This document shows positions 38,379-51,800 of a stretch of 64,000 nt of DNA, piece by piece. Location of the stretch: the NCBI GenBank assembly GCA_951406725.2, contig OX597815.1, positions 37,324,001 through 37,388,000 on the forward strand, written 5' to 3'. A model generated the notes under the pieces. That model searched no databases. It was given only the letters and a program-made list of their open reading frames with translations, and had not been told where the DNA came from. The translations under genes were made by a program, and so were the position numbers. The DNA comes from Octopus vulgaris. Its lineage: Eukaryota. The first letter of the stretch is position 1. Every line of letters starts with the position of its first letter.

Positions 38379-39491
38379 AACTCTAGATCAGCTCTGAATG
38401 TGTAACCTTTCTTTGATCGAAGGTATTTCAGTCATGAACATTCCGTCTATACTTTAGATGGTATATATTGAACTATTTTATTCGATGTCTTTTCTTTGTT
38501 TTCGTTTATAATTTTAAGCTAGTAGTGTATGATATGATGGAATTATGGTTTCAAACTTTTGTAGAACGGGTAATTACAGAGGGACTCCCCGGTCTCTTGA
38601 TGCTTCATATACCGGTGTCTATGTATTATTAGTTAACAATGCATTACTTGCTGACAACCGATGAATAAAAAGACACTTTAAACTGAATGTCTTGGATATT
38701 GTTTTGAAATAAATAGGCTAAAGATTTATTTCGCTATAGATTATTGATATATTTTGCAAATCTTACGCAAGTTGTGTGACTATGAAGTAGAGAAATATGA
38801 CTTAAACATTGTTTCCAATTCCATTTTTGTAAATTATTCTCACTAATACTTATTATCTGTAATTATTTGTGAATTCAATTCTTATTATCTAAAGAGAAAA
38901 CTAGTGTATCAGTTAATATCACATTAGACCGCAGGCAAATACCAGTGTATTCAGTCCTCGTCATTATATAAACACATATCTAGAGCGAGCTATTTGGAAA
39001 TACAAATGATAAAGAATTGTTTTGTCCTCCTAGAGGGGACTGCTGATTCAGAATGATTTGAATATAATTTTTATAACAAATTCTCCTTTTGTGTGACAAC
39101 TTACTTGCGTAAAATAGGTTTTCTGAGGTTTTATGCCAGTACAAGTTTGAGAGTTTGACAGTTAAATATTTAAGAATTTATTATATAAAGAGTACGATTT
39201 CAGATATCACTATAGACATTTACAATATAATGTATATATCTATATATTTCTTTTAAATCTTGCAACAAATCAAGAACTATACTCACCTACTTCAAAAATT
39301 CACTTAAATATTTGATTCTCAGAAATCATGTAAATTGGTTTAAAAGAAATTTAACATTGTAAACTACATATTCTAATTAGAGCTTAAATAAGAGTTAATA
39401 CGTATGTGCTCCAAAACTAATATGCTGATTTCTGTTGCATCTGCTTCATTTTGCTACTATTGCTTGATATTTTGGATAATATATGGATATT

Positions 39492-39698
39492 ACGGAGATG
39501 TACTTGCATAGCAAGTGATTTGATCTGAGATCGTGTGCTGAAACGAAAACAACTGCAGCGTGGAAGGTTTTTGTAAGCCATTTAAGAAACACACACAAAG
39601 GCCGTTCGATTCACTTCAACATTTAAGTTTAATTTGTCAAAATATTTTCGTCGCTTTAAGACCGCGACCTGTTCACTGACAAAATACGTGTTGCATCA
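39492..39698 (-). mobile_element. 207-bp hammerhead-bearing mini-element with 11-bp TSD
   Basis: ATATGGATATT at 39481-39491 and 39699-39709; hammerhead fold at 39633-39683 on the - strand. Confidence 0.75.
39633..39683 (-). ncRNA. Type-I hammerhead motif with G3-C8 swapped core
   Basis: TTTGTCA-GTGAACA-G-GTCGC GGTCTTAAA GCGAC-GAAA-ATAT-TT-TGACAAA. Confidence 0.65.
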
Positions 39699-39793
39699 AT
39701 ATGGATATTGATATTTTTTATATCAGTAGTCTTGAGGTAAAAAAAAAAACAAAACAAAAAAAAAATAAGGATATATTTCTTTTACTTTTTATG

Positions 39794-41142
39794 TATGGCT
39801 TTCGCTGTGGCAGGGACTGTCTAACACAGCTCTTACACCACATTGAAGATGTACTCAAAGCCTTGGGAACAGGTTCGAACTCTGATGTCATATACCTTGA
39901 CTTCAGTAAAGCGTTCCACAGGGTAGACCATAATATCCTATTCTCAAAATTGGCAAATGTTGGAATCAGTGGAAAAGTTCTACACTGGATCAAGTGTTTC
40001 CTGGCGAATAGAACACAACATGTTGTAGTTGATGCAGTTCACTCAAGCCCAGCAAAAGTCGCCAGCGGTGTCCCCAGGGGACTGTCTTGGGTCCGCTACT
40101 CTTCATAATCTACATAAACGACCTTTCCAGTGTCGTACATTACTGCAAAGTGAAAATATTTGCTGATGACACTAAGCTCCAGCAAATCGTCAATGAAGAA
40201 GCAGACCGAACTCAACTCCAGTCTGATCTATATGCTGTGAGTCAATGGGCAGACAGAAACAAAATGCAACTGAACGAGGGAAAATTTGAGCTGATGTATT
40301 TTGGAAGAAATTCCTCACTAAAACAGCCATACTCTCTTCCTTCAGGGGAACCGCTCACAGCCTCTCACAATATCAGAGACCTGGGTGTAATTGTTGATGA
40401 CGATCTCAGTTGGAGTGCACACATCAACAAGAAGGTCGATATAGCTCGTACAATGAGTTCCTGGATCTTAAGAACTTTCCGGTCCAGAGAACAAGGTGTC
40501 ATCATATCACTTTTCTCCTCCTTTGTACGGTCACACCTCGAATACTGCTGCCCACTGTGGTCTCCCCATACAAGACAAAACATCTCGAGGATTGAATCAC
40601 CCCAGAGAGCACACACTAAACGAATTGAAGGCATGGCTGCTCTCGATTATTGGGATCGCCTTAAAGCCTTGAAACTCTACTCTCTCCAGCGTCGCCGTGA
40701 GCGGTACATCATTTGTACGATGTGGAGAATATACCGCCAACTTTGCCCAAACGACCTGAACATTAGCTTCAAGGTTCATCCAAGACTGGGACCACGGGCC
40801 ATACGTCCCCTGCCCAATTCAAGATCACAGCATAGATGTACACTACAACATAATTTCTTTTCCTCAACAGGCCCAGCCCTATTTAACATTGTCCCGAAAG
40901 AGATCAAAGAGGAACAGGATCCCATCAACTTTAAACGGAGTCTGGATAGATTCCTTCAAGGAATACCAGATAAGCCACCCATAATTGGATACAACTCACC
41001 CAACAAAAACTCACTACTTGAATGGACCATAAACAAAACTTGACTTAAACAGGGTTCAAATAATCCTATCAGGTGGTGCTATTAAGTTAGACATGGCCTG
41101 GACCAATCATTGGTCGAAACATATCTAAGTTTATCTAAGTTT
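39794..41142 (+). mobile_element. CR1-group LINE, 5' truncated, young: RT domain, C-terminus and 3' tail
   Basis: YLDFSKAF, SGVP(Q)GTVLGPLLFIIYINDL, IFADDTKL, LEYCCPLWSPH, LYSLQRRRER; one frameshift at 40071-40080; stop 41043; tail (TATCTAAGTT)x2. Confidence 0.95.
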
Positions 41143-42372
41143 ATATATTTCAACAATACTTCAGCTATTTAGAAATATAAAATATGTGAGTAAGACAATT
41201 ACTGTTTGATTTATTGTTTGAAATACTGAGAGATTTTAAACGTTTTAAGTCTTCGCATAAATAATTTAATAAATTTTATAGGTTACAAATCTTTTTAGAA
41301 GTCGTGTATGATCAGATTTGATACACATCATTAAAAGTCTCACTTGCATCATGATCTACAACTTTTAGAACAAGAACAGTACACAATCCTATTTATTCCT
41401 CATTAGATGTCTTGCTTTAAAATAATCTTATACATCATTATCATAAAGCAACCTGGAAAGCAATGAAGCTGGTTGTTAGTACATGGAATGTAAATAATGA
41501 TTGAATGATAAATCTTATATAAATCAGTTAAGGCTGATTCTTAATGCAAAGAAAAGAGAATTTAGCAGCGCTTATAAAACAAAGTTAAGATAATGGATAG
41601 TAAACAATATTAGGAGTGAATACAGCTGAAAGAATCAGTGCATATACTGGGATTTCATAATCTCTTTAACAAGCCTTGGATAGAGATAAACATCATATGG
41701 AAACTTAAAATTAAGAGAGATTTAGAAATCCATTGCCGTCACTCGTAATCAAGTATGACTTGGCAGCGTGTACCATGCATTTACCAGTTGCTTTAGATAG
41801 CTCTGCAGGCATGGGCAGACATAGTCACCCTCTCGGACATTTCACTCTTAACCAGTAGAAGAATTTGTTTGTGACAATTGGCGGGAAAGAGGGATGCTTC
41901 AGCCCTGGGCTGGTACTCACTTCAGCTTAGTGAACTGGTGTAATATGCAGTGAAGTGCTTTCGCAAGAAAACAATGTACCACGACATTATGACGGTGAGG
42001 CTAGCATTCGTAACCATATACTACGTGCCAAACATAAAATGTTGTATCTTGAAAACTTCTAAGTGTAGTGGTTTAATTAGTGGGCTGAAATTCAATGCAT
42101 GTGTCAGTTAATTTATAATAACGCTGGGTGGAGCCGGAATAGCAGGTCGCATCATAAACAGCAGAATAACTAATAGATGAATAGCCCTGATATTCACAGC
42201 GAACTTAGAAGTATATACCATTGTGAATTTAATACAGGCTTCGGTTCAAAATTCCGAGTTTTAAAGAATGTGACGGGCACATGAAGAAAGCCAAAAGGCT
42301 GTGACTAGAAGAACCGAAATAGAATAAGGACACTAGTCCAATATAATAGTATATAATATAAATCTCTGCACT

Positions 42373-42517
42373 ATTTACATTATTTACATTCGACGGTTAT
42401 TTGTCCTCATCTTGTTTGTTGTTAACACATCCTTTCGGCTGATATACCCTCCAGCCTTCTTCAGGTGTCTTGGGGAAATTTCGAACCTGGGTTCTCATTC
42501 CTAAGGTATTTTTCGAC
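42373..42517 (-). mobile_element. Inverted copy of the hammerhead-bearing tail (PLE-style inverted pLTR)
   Basis: Reverse complement of 43456-43590; damaged hammerhead at 42424-42469 (GACAC-CTGAAGA-AGGCTG...CAGCC-GAAA-GG-AT-GTGTT). Confidence 0.85.
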
Positions 42518-42594
42518 GGGCTATGTCGTAGTGGTTAAGAGCGCTGGCTACAAACCCCAAAATTCCGAGTTCGATTCCCAGCAGTGACCTGAAC
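42518..42594 (+). mobile_element. tRNA-derived SINE head (Pol III A/B boxes) followed by (AAT)n
   Basis: A-box-like TGTCGTAGTGG 42524-42534, B-box GTTCGATTCC 42569-42578; no complete acceptor stem, so not a tRNA gene. Confidence 0.75.
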
Positions 42595-42608
42595 AATAAC
42601 AATAATAA

Positions 42609-42684
<76 letters not shown>

Positions 42685-42686
<2 letters not shown>

Positions 42687-43356
42687 ATCCCAAAAATCAA
42701 AATAGACGAAACAACAACATCAATTATAAACAGCATAAACCTAGCCGTCTGGCTAAGAAGGAATATATTCACAGACACGACAGAGTTGGAACCTACATAC
42801 ACTGGAAGCTATGCCAACATTATGGAATAACAACAGAAAAAAATGGTATAGGCACACACCAGAAAAGGTCACAGAAAACGAGAAAGCAACCATACTCTGG
42901 GAAATGCCGATACACACAGATAGAGAAATTAAGGCCAACAGACCAGATATAGTTGTCAGAGATCATGAAGAAAAAAAAAATGCTTTCTAATTGATGTATC
43001 AATACAAGCATATGACAACGTGTCTCTAAAAGAAATGGAGAAACTTTCAAAATACAAAGACCTGGAAATAGAGGTAACCAGAATGTGGAATCTAAAAACA
43101 GAAACAATCCCTATCATAGTAGGTGCATTAGGCATGATAAAAAAAATATTCAGACAAATACATAACAAAAACTCCAGGACTTACAAACACATATAACATA
43201 CAGAAAATTGCACTACTAGGCACTGCACACATCCTACGCAGAACACTTTCCATACAATAACCATCAGAGCATCACAACAAATCACAGCACATACCCAAGG
43301 CACACAGAGCTGCGATCGGTAGTGAAGTGAAAGCACGATATAAAAATATACTACTG
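42685..43356 (+). mobile_element. R4/Dong-clade non-LTR retrotransposon 3' fragment (restriction-like endonuclease) in (TAA)n
   Basis: YIHRHDRVG...ILWEMPIHTDREIKANRPDIVVRD...LIDVSI...KEMEKLSKYKDL...IPIIVGALG...LLGTAHILRRTLSIQ* (stop 43258-43260); frameshifts at A-runs; (TAA)n on both sides. Confidence 0.9.
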
Positions 43357-43431
<75 letters not shown>

Positions 43432-43454
43432 TTAATAATAATAATAATAATAAT

Positions 43455-43626
43455 ATCGAAAAATATCTTAGGAATGAGAACCCAGGTTCGAAATTTCCCC
43501 AAGACACCTGAAGAAGGCTGGAGGATACATCAGCCGAAAAGTTGTGTTAACAAACAAAATGAGGGCAAATATCTGTCAAATGTAAATAACGTACATAATT
43601 TCTCATCTCTTAAATATAGAACTGCA
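43455..43626 (+). mobile_element. Hammerhead-bearing PLE-like tail
   Basis: GACAC-CTGAAGA-A-GGCTG GAGGATACAT CAGCC-GAAA-AG-TT-GTGTT at 43503-43548. Confidence 0.8.
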
Positions 43627-44644
43627 ATGTTGAGAAAGATCCTTCAAGCCAGTTTTATTGGATTAGCACTGAGTTTAATCATAGGTCAACTATGATTAAA
43701 GGCATTCCGGCCATTATCATCCCGCCTTTTCTTTCCGACATAGTATACGCCGCACCATATTATCAAATATTATTTTAAAGACGACAATGAGGTGTTGAAG
43801 GACAATTGGTTGATATTTCTAGCCAGTTGTGTAACTACATAAGAACCGTCTCATTGGCAAGATTTTCGGGTTGTGATATTAATTGCTGTCTGCATTGTGA
43901 TAGACCGACAATAATAAATTTTGGTAAGTTAACATTCACTCATCAAGATAAGTCTACTGAGACGTTTTCTGCAGTATGCAAACGTAATCACCCAGCAGAC
44001 GAGTTTAATATTTCTCCAGTAAATGTCAATATATTAGTTTTTCAAGGTGTAAATATAAGTACCTGGGAAAGGGGATAAACAATACGAAATTTATCAAAAT
44101 AACATGAAAATGATGTGTTAATACTATGTTCATACATATATACACACGCATACACATACACATGTGTCTAATGCAGATTTAGCAATATTACATGAACACG
44201 CTCGTAAACACAAATACACAGGCATGTATTAATAATTAGTTGGAATGAGTCTTTGAATAAACCCGAAGCCAAAATAAAGCTGTTCGAAATTGCAGTTATT
44301 TGTGGGATTAAACACGTGATATGTTTTTACAGCAAGACTAAATATGTTTATCAGACACATGAATAGAACGTTGTACAGTCACTCCTAACCCACACTGTAT
44401 TGATACTTTAGTTATTAATGTCCAGTCATCAAAATAGTACCACTATCTTCATTACGTTCAGCTACTCTGTGAACATGCAATGCTAAGAAACAACGAAATT
44501 TTAACATCTTCCTGTTATAACATTTTGTCGCATCAACGATAAAACAACTTTCATAACCAAATTCCAACTACTTCCAAATCACTGTAGGAGAGTTTGTCGC
44601 TTTTGTATTGTCCAAAATATGTTTTTCGTCCTGTGGGGTCATAG

Positions 44645-44748
<104 letters not shown>

Positions 44749-44767
44749 TATTATTATTATTATTACT

Positions 44768-45076
44768 CAGTAGTTTTATTTTTATAGCGTGCTTTCACTT
44801 CACTACCGAGCGCAGCTCTGTGTGCCTTGGGTATGTGCTGTGATTTGTTGTGATGCTCTGATGGTTATTGTATGGAAAGTGTTCTGCGTAGGATGTGTGC
44901 AGTGCCTAGTAGTGCAATTTTCTGTATGTTATATGTGTTTGTAAGTCCTGGTGTTTTTGTTATGTATTTGTCTGAATATTTTTTTATCATGCCTAATGCA
45001 CCTACTATGATAGGAATTGTTTCTGTTTTCAGGTTCCACATTCTAGTTACCTCTATTTCCAGGTCTTTGTATTTTG

Positions 45077-45077
<1 letters not shown>
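44768..45077 (-). mobile_element. R4/Dong 3' fragment, same family as 42685-43356
   Basis: Reverse complement matches 43047-43356 closely; flanked by (TTA)n. Confidence 0.92.
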
Positions 45078-45160
<83 letters not shown>

Positions 45161-45162
45161 GT

Positions 45163-45230
<68 letters not shown>

Positions 45231-45258
45231 ATATTATTAATTATTATTATTACTATTA

Positions 45259-45331
<73 letters not shown>

Positions 45332-45336
45332 ATTGT

Positions 45337-45399
<63 letters not shown>

Positions 45400-45479
45400 T
45401 ATTATTATTATTATTACAATTACTATTATTACTATTACTATTAATATTACTATTATTACTATTATTACTATTATTATTA

Positions 45480-45547
45480 GTCATCTGTCAAGTCACAAGG
45501 ACGTCAGACAGATAATACTTTCCTTAAGATGTGCGCTGTGCCCAATT
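45480..45547 (-). mobile_element. Tiny 3' fragment of a second R4/Dong family
   Basis: - strand LGTAHILRKVLSV* plus a different short 3' UTR, embedded in (TTA)n. Confidence 0.7.
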
Positions 45548-45560
45548 ATTGTTATTATAG

Positions 45561-45663
<103 letters not shown>

Positions 45664-45969
45664 CGTCGTTTCCTTAGAGGCCATTCTGTATCAGGAGAGT
45701 TACATCTGTAGCACCCAGTCCTTTTTCTCACTAATTTTCGTCACCCCGCCGGCAAACTATACTTCCAACATTCTTCTCCCTTCTTATGTTTCCCCGTCCC
45801 TCCAAATTTCTATATTTTCATCTCACATCCTACTTCACTCATTGTATTTCATTTATGTCAAATCTAATATATATTCACACATTTGCAGAGCGTCTGATAC
45901 TTAAGTCATCTGGTGAGCCTGAGTAAACATACGCTCTTTGCTGTAACAACGTTGGCCGTGCTTTATACA

Positions 45970-46003
<34 letters not shown>

Positions 46004-48311
46004 GTATGTGATTATATAAACATGTATACTTACATATATGCATACATGCATGTAGCCGTACCTGCACACACGCACACACATACACAGTATATGTACAATT
46101 GATCGATAAAGTTATCGTAATCGATTCTCTAAAATATGTTGTTTAAAGTAATCAGTTTTAAGTGCTCGGTTACATAATTGGAAATGCAACAGTTGCTGTC
46201 CAAAGTCTATGAATATAGGCATTTCATAATGCTTGGAAAATATTTGTGCAGTAGACATGTTTGAAGAGAAAATAAATGAGAAATCCTGACTGTGATGATG
46301 GATATTTAAAATTTCTGTATCTTGCCTATATCAAACTAGCAAAGCCAACCACATCTTAATTTGAATTGCCTGGGAGTATATGCACACCAGAATAATAAAG
46401 TATTGAAACAATAGTCAGTTACAGTTTTTATGCAATCTCTTGCCTGCGAGTAACAGCAACAATTCGCCTTCAAAATGTATCTTACAAACTTAAAGAAGTT
46501 AGGACAAGTTGATTGATGTCGTCGTAGTTAAACTATACTTGACGAAGCTAAGGCGGTGTGGTTAACGCAGAAGTATCTTAAGTCATATATTTTAATCCGT
46601 GCTGACCGGAAAGTTAACAAGAACAACATTGCTGCTGGTTATACCGATGAATTAGCTTACCATAAAAGTTTTGATTTATTGATAACCAGACATGGTTTTA
46701 AAGAATTTAGAATTTTTTTGGTGGTTGGGGGAGTATTACAATCCCTAAAACAGGATGCGAGTTTGGAATTCTGGGAGTTAGAATAATTACTTATAAATCA
46801 TATAATAACAATTATAAAACCGTTCATGTATGTCGTTGATTGGGAAAATAATGATTTATCTCCAAACTTAGATTGTCAAGATTCAACAGAAAATCTATTT
46901 TGTGCAGATTTCTTTCTTAAAGGAAACCTCATTGTTGATCCGATTAACAAACTAAAATTTCATTTATTTTGAAAATGTGTGTCATTGTAATTAAAACACG
47001 CTCCAAGAAATTATAACAGAAATGTTGAAACATATTAGAAGATTTGTCATATTTCGAGTATAGAAAAAAGTATGATGTAACTTTGTTTACAAGATAGTTA
47101 AAGAATATTGAAAAGAAATGCCCGTGAGCAAACCATGTTTTCGTAAAGTCTATGTCTGAAGCCAATGAATAATAACCTTATTAGTAATGTAAGAGAAATG
47201 GCGGTTTGAAATATCTGGACTTTATCTATTGCCTAGTCTTATCATTTGCAAAGTATGCAAATACAAATATATTGAGAGTTGTCATTCGCTTTCAATTCGC
47301 TTTCAATTCACTTAGATTCTTGAATCAGTTGAAAATTATGTGAATATTGCATAAACATATTTCTCATTTTCTTTGTGAAAGTAATGTTTTAGGAAGTTAC
47401 GTATATCAGATAAATTTGTTTTAAATGGAAACTGGACATCAAAATTCGATAGCAATTTCGATTTTATATTCCACAAGAAAAATTTTTCATCTCATGTCTA
47501 TAAAACAGAACAAAGTCATCCTAAATAATCTTAGCTTTAATATTATTCTTTATTACTAGCTATCTACGATATATATTCCAACTCAGTCGAAAGTAGGTAT
47601 AGTAAGTCTTCTGGCAAAAAGTCATTGAAAAAATTTCTTTCCATTCAGTTGAAAATGACATAGTCTAAGTATTCCTTTGCAAATGAAATAAATTGAAATT
47701 TCACAAAAAAATGCCTGAAAGTAAAACGGCTGCATCGATTGTCTGTTTCCAATTACATTTTTTTCCATAAATTACTAGCAGCGCCTATAGAATTTCCACG
47801 AATATTTTATAAAATATAAAAATCGTTTCGGAATATAGAGAGAGCCATGACATACATATCTTTTGAAATTGTAGTTTGATTCTTGAGTTACTGTGAAGTC
47901 CATACATCTTCAAAAAAATTATTTTCTTTATTATATACTTACCACTACTTCTACATCGAGATGTTACCTATTTTTATCATTACCTTTTCCAAGTGAATAC
48001 ACAAGAAAGAAGCTGTATGCAATTGTCTGCGAGAAAACACCGGTTACCTTTTCTTACCTATCTACTGTGACAATGCTGTATAAGTCATTGAAAATGTGTG
48101 GAACGAAAAAATAAGCATGTAGCAAGCATTGTACCCTTAATTATGCATCAAAATCAAAGACATAATCTGCTAAAAATATTATTCTGTTACCTTATTCTAT
48201 ATGGGTAACGTTTTAATAGATCTTAACACACTATACTTTTATTTTCATATCAGACTAAAGTGTACATAGCTGAACAGTAACTGCATGATCTGTGGATTCA
48301 AAAAGAGTATG

Positions 48312-48312
<1 letters not shown>

Positions 48313-48409
<97 letters not shown>

Positions 48410-48435
48410 GTCTGTCTGTCTGTCTGTCTGTCTGT
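48313..48435. repeat. (TATC)n(TGTC)n microsatellite
   Basis: Direct reading. Confidence 0.95.
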
Positions 48436-48823
48436 AGGCACCAGTGAGGCTGTGGGGTAAGAAGCTTGCTTCCGAACCGCATGCTTCCTGGTTCAGTGCC
48501 ACTGTGTGGCACCTTGGGCAAGTATCTTCTACTGTAGCCTCGGGCCGACCAAAGTCTTGTGAGTGGGTTTGGTAGAGGGAAACTGAAAGAAGCTATATGT
48601 GTGTGTGTGTTTGTGTGTGTGTTTGTCCCCCACCACTGCCTCACAACCATTGTTGGTGTGTTTACGTTCTCGTAACTTTGCGATTCGGACAGAGAATCGA
48701 TAAATAACTACCAGACTTTTAAAAAACATGTATTAGAGTCGATTCATTCGACTACAAATTCTTCAGAGCTATGCCTCAGCATGGCCGCCGTCTAATAACT
48801 AGAAAAAGTAAAAGATAAAAGAT
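48436..48823 (+). mobile_element. SINE family A, older full-length copy
   Basis: GGCTGTGGGGTAAGAAGCTTGC...GGTTCAGTGCC...GGCACCTTGGGCAAGT...GTAAAAGATAAAAGA; further decayed + copies at ~51545-51820 and 61530-61850. Confidence 0.88.
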
Positions 48824-51800
48824 CTATTTGTCTGTCTGGCTGCCTGTGTATCTGTCTACCTATGTATGTATGCATGCATGTATGTATGTATGTATGTATG
48901 TATGTATGTATGTATGTATGTATGTATGTATGTATGTATGTATGTATGTACCTGTCTGTATGTCTACCTATCTATTTATCTATCTATATATGTTTGTGTG
49001 TGAGCGTGTGTGTAATGAGACTTTTGCTAAGATACGATACACATAAACAAGAATTTTTTTTTCGCTCAGGTCCCGTAAAACATTCCGCTCCAAATCTTTG
49101 CTAAATTAACCATGTAAACGGATAGAGGACAGCATAGAATTTAATGACGTTGATTCGTATGTTATGATATATTGCTGCCTCTATATCGGATTAAGTCTTC
49201 AACTTCAGTTTATGTACGTAGTTCGAAACAGCATGTCATAAATAATGTCAAAACCAGTGCTTGTTGCCTACAGCTGTATATTCACTTCCTATTAACCTAT
49301 ACCTGAAGAGAATTAGTTTAAAGTCTAAATGTTTTGGCATTGCTTTGAGGTAATGGCATGGGCTACGTAACCAGTCTGAATTGAATCTGCTCTTCCTTTC
49401 GGAAATTTGTGTAGCTGTGTACGCTAGTTTGGCCTAGTTCAAATCAGTTAGAGTTTCTAAGACATCATCTTCTTCCTTCATATAGAAATGCGGGTCTATT
49501 GTAGAGTTTATTATCTAAAATAGTATTCGTATGCCGTAGAAATTATTTAAACTCAATTAGACTATTGAAATTGCGGTCCCTTTAAAAAAAGATGCAATGC
49601 AACGTCGGGAGAAAGATACGATCTTCTGAATCTTTTAGCAACAGGTTGTTATTTTGATGCCTCTTTTGATGCTGTTTTTATGCCTAGTTAAATAAAAGAA
49701 TAATCGGAACGCGAAACTGCTTAAATATACGAAACGGTTCCAGCGCAGTTAACACTATAAATATATTCTGCCACAAGGCAGTAGTTCTCTAATCTTTTAT
49801 GTTAAGTAGGTGTAATATTTTATATTTTGTAACGGAACAACTCAGGAATGTATTTGTCTGCATAATTAGAATTACAGGAATGTCAAATATTTGATCAACT
49901 CGCAGAGAAACTAATCAATAAATCTGGACTGCATCAAGTTTTGCGAAAAATTGAATTAGTTGTTTATTAGTCGTTCCTGCTATGCAAATTTTGTAAATTA
50001 TATTAATTTTTATCCCTCAAATCGAGATTGAAATTGATGGTGACTTAATTTGTTTCTATTTATTTCAATAAATTTATAGTCAAAAATAGCTATTTTACGC
50101 TAGTAGTATAAAGTAATCATTTGGTTAGCAGATTGGTTAGAAAAAAATACCTCGCGTATTTTAGATATTTTACGCTCTGAGTTCAAAACACCTCGAACCG
50201 AATATTGCCTTTTATCATTTCGGGATCGATAAAATAAATACAAGCTAATTAATGGTGTCAAATTTATCGGTTGTGCTTCCTTCCAAAATATTTGGCCTTG
50301 AACAAATCAAAATACGGTGCAGTGACTGATAAAATCATTTGGGAGCTGGATAAAGCCCTTAGGGCATTTAGCTCGGGCCATTTCGGGCTTGAGTTCAAAT
50401 CTCACCGCTGATAATTTATCCGCTCAGAGTTGATATAATTGATTATACTCTTTTCTCAAAATTTTGCAGTCTTGTGTTTATGTTCAAAATCAGTACAACA
50501 ATATTATAAAAAACCATAATATTTCATGTTTTCTTGCATTATTTCTAATATTTTAGTTGTCACAATATATCGATTATTTATGGATTATATGAGCAATTAA
50601 TATATATTCTTTTGAATAAGACGAAATGTAAAATAAAAAATATGAGCGTGAAAGAAACATTTATACAGTAAGATTGCATAGAAGAAATTTATAGAATTCT
50701 GTATGGTATAACGAACTTATTTATTGCAAAAATACTAAAGGCAAACTGCACAAATTCACATTCATACAAAGGCAGACGAGATTATTTATTGATTTTTATC
50801 ACAACAAAATAACAAAAAAGCAGTAAAAGGAATGTCCTTGTTATAATGAGCCATTTGCACATTCAATTACTATTGGACATTTTGTCCATTCAGGCTATTC
50901 CACAGGTTTAGAATTTACAGATTATCTCATACAAATGAAATCACAGAACCTCTGTAAAAAATGGTAAATTATCATAGCCGCATGTCATTCGTTTCTACTA
51001 ATTTAAACGAAATAGCTCAGGTACATACTATTTTGATGCAGTAATCTAAAACCCGAATCTGGTTATTCGGAAATGAGATTTTCTATGATGTAAAATTGGA
51101 GTTACAGTTCTTAATATAGACTATAAACGTTCTTTTTATTATTGTCGGGATGATATGAACGATTATGTCAAAATGGAGGTGCATTCAGATATGTTTGTAA
51201 TATGTTTTCAGCTGTAAGAGGAAGGAAATTGAAGGATGGTATTTTGTATTAGAATAGGAAACTGATGGGAGTAAAAATGACAAATTTAGGAATTTTATGA
51301 CTGAAGGTGTCTGACTGAAACCATAATTGATAGCATTCTTCTTTTCCTTAGTTTTCCGAAAGTTGCGGTATGTTCAACGAATGACAAGGCTGAACATTAT
51401 TGCACCGTTATTATTTTAATGAGAAAAATATGAGAAGTTTATTGGAATATTAAGATGATAATCAATTAGAGCTGACATTTGAAACGAGACGAATCTCATA
51501 AAACTCGTGTAAAAATCAAAATGGCAAATATTTGTACAATAGACTCAAGCATAGTTATGCGGTTAAAAATTGTTTGACAACGAAAGGATTCCGGGTTCAA
51601 CCTTCTTGTTCAGTGGCATCTTGTACATATTTTTCTACTATAATCTCATATGAACCAGTACCATCAGAGTGAGATTTTATAATGGACTACGCGTGAGTCT
51701 GTGTCCGCATTTGTGTTTATGGATTTAACACAAAAACCACCGGTTAAAACATGTATTGTGATAAAAAGGTGGCAAAACCAGTCGCTAAATTTCATAATCA

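Noticed and set aside
42518-42594. Possible tRNA gene (also the heads at 6547, 48436, 57727)
   Set aside because: A and B boxes only, no full cloverleaf; attached to SINE bodies.
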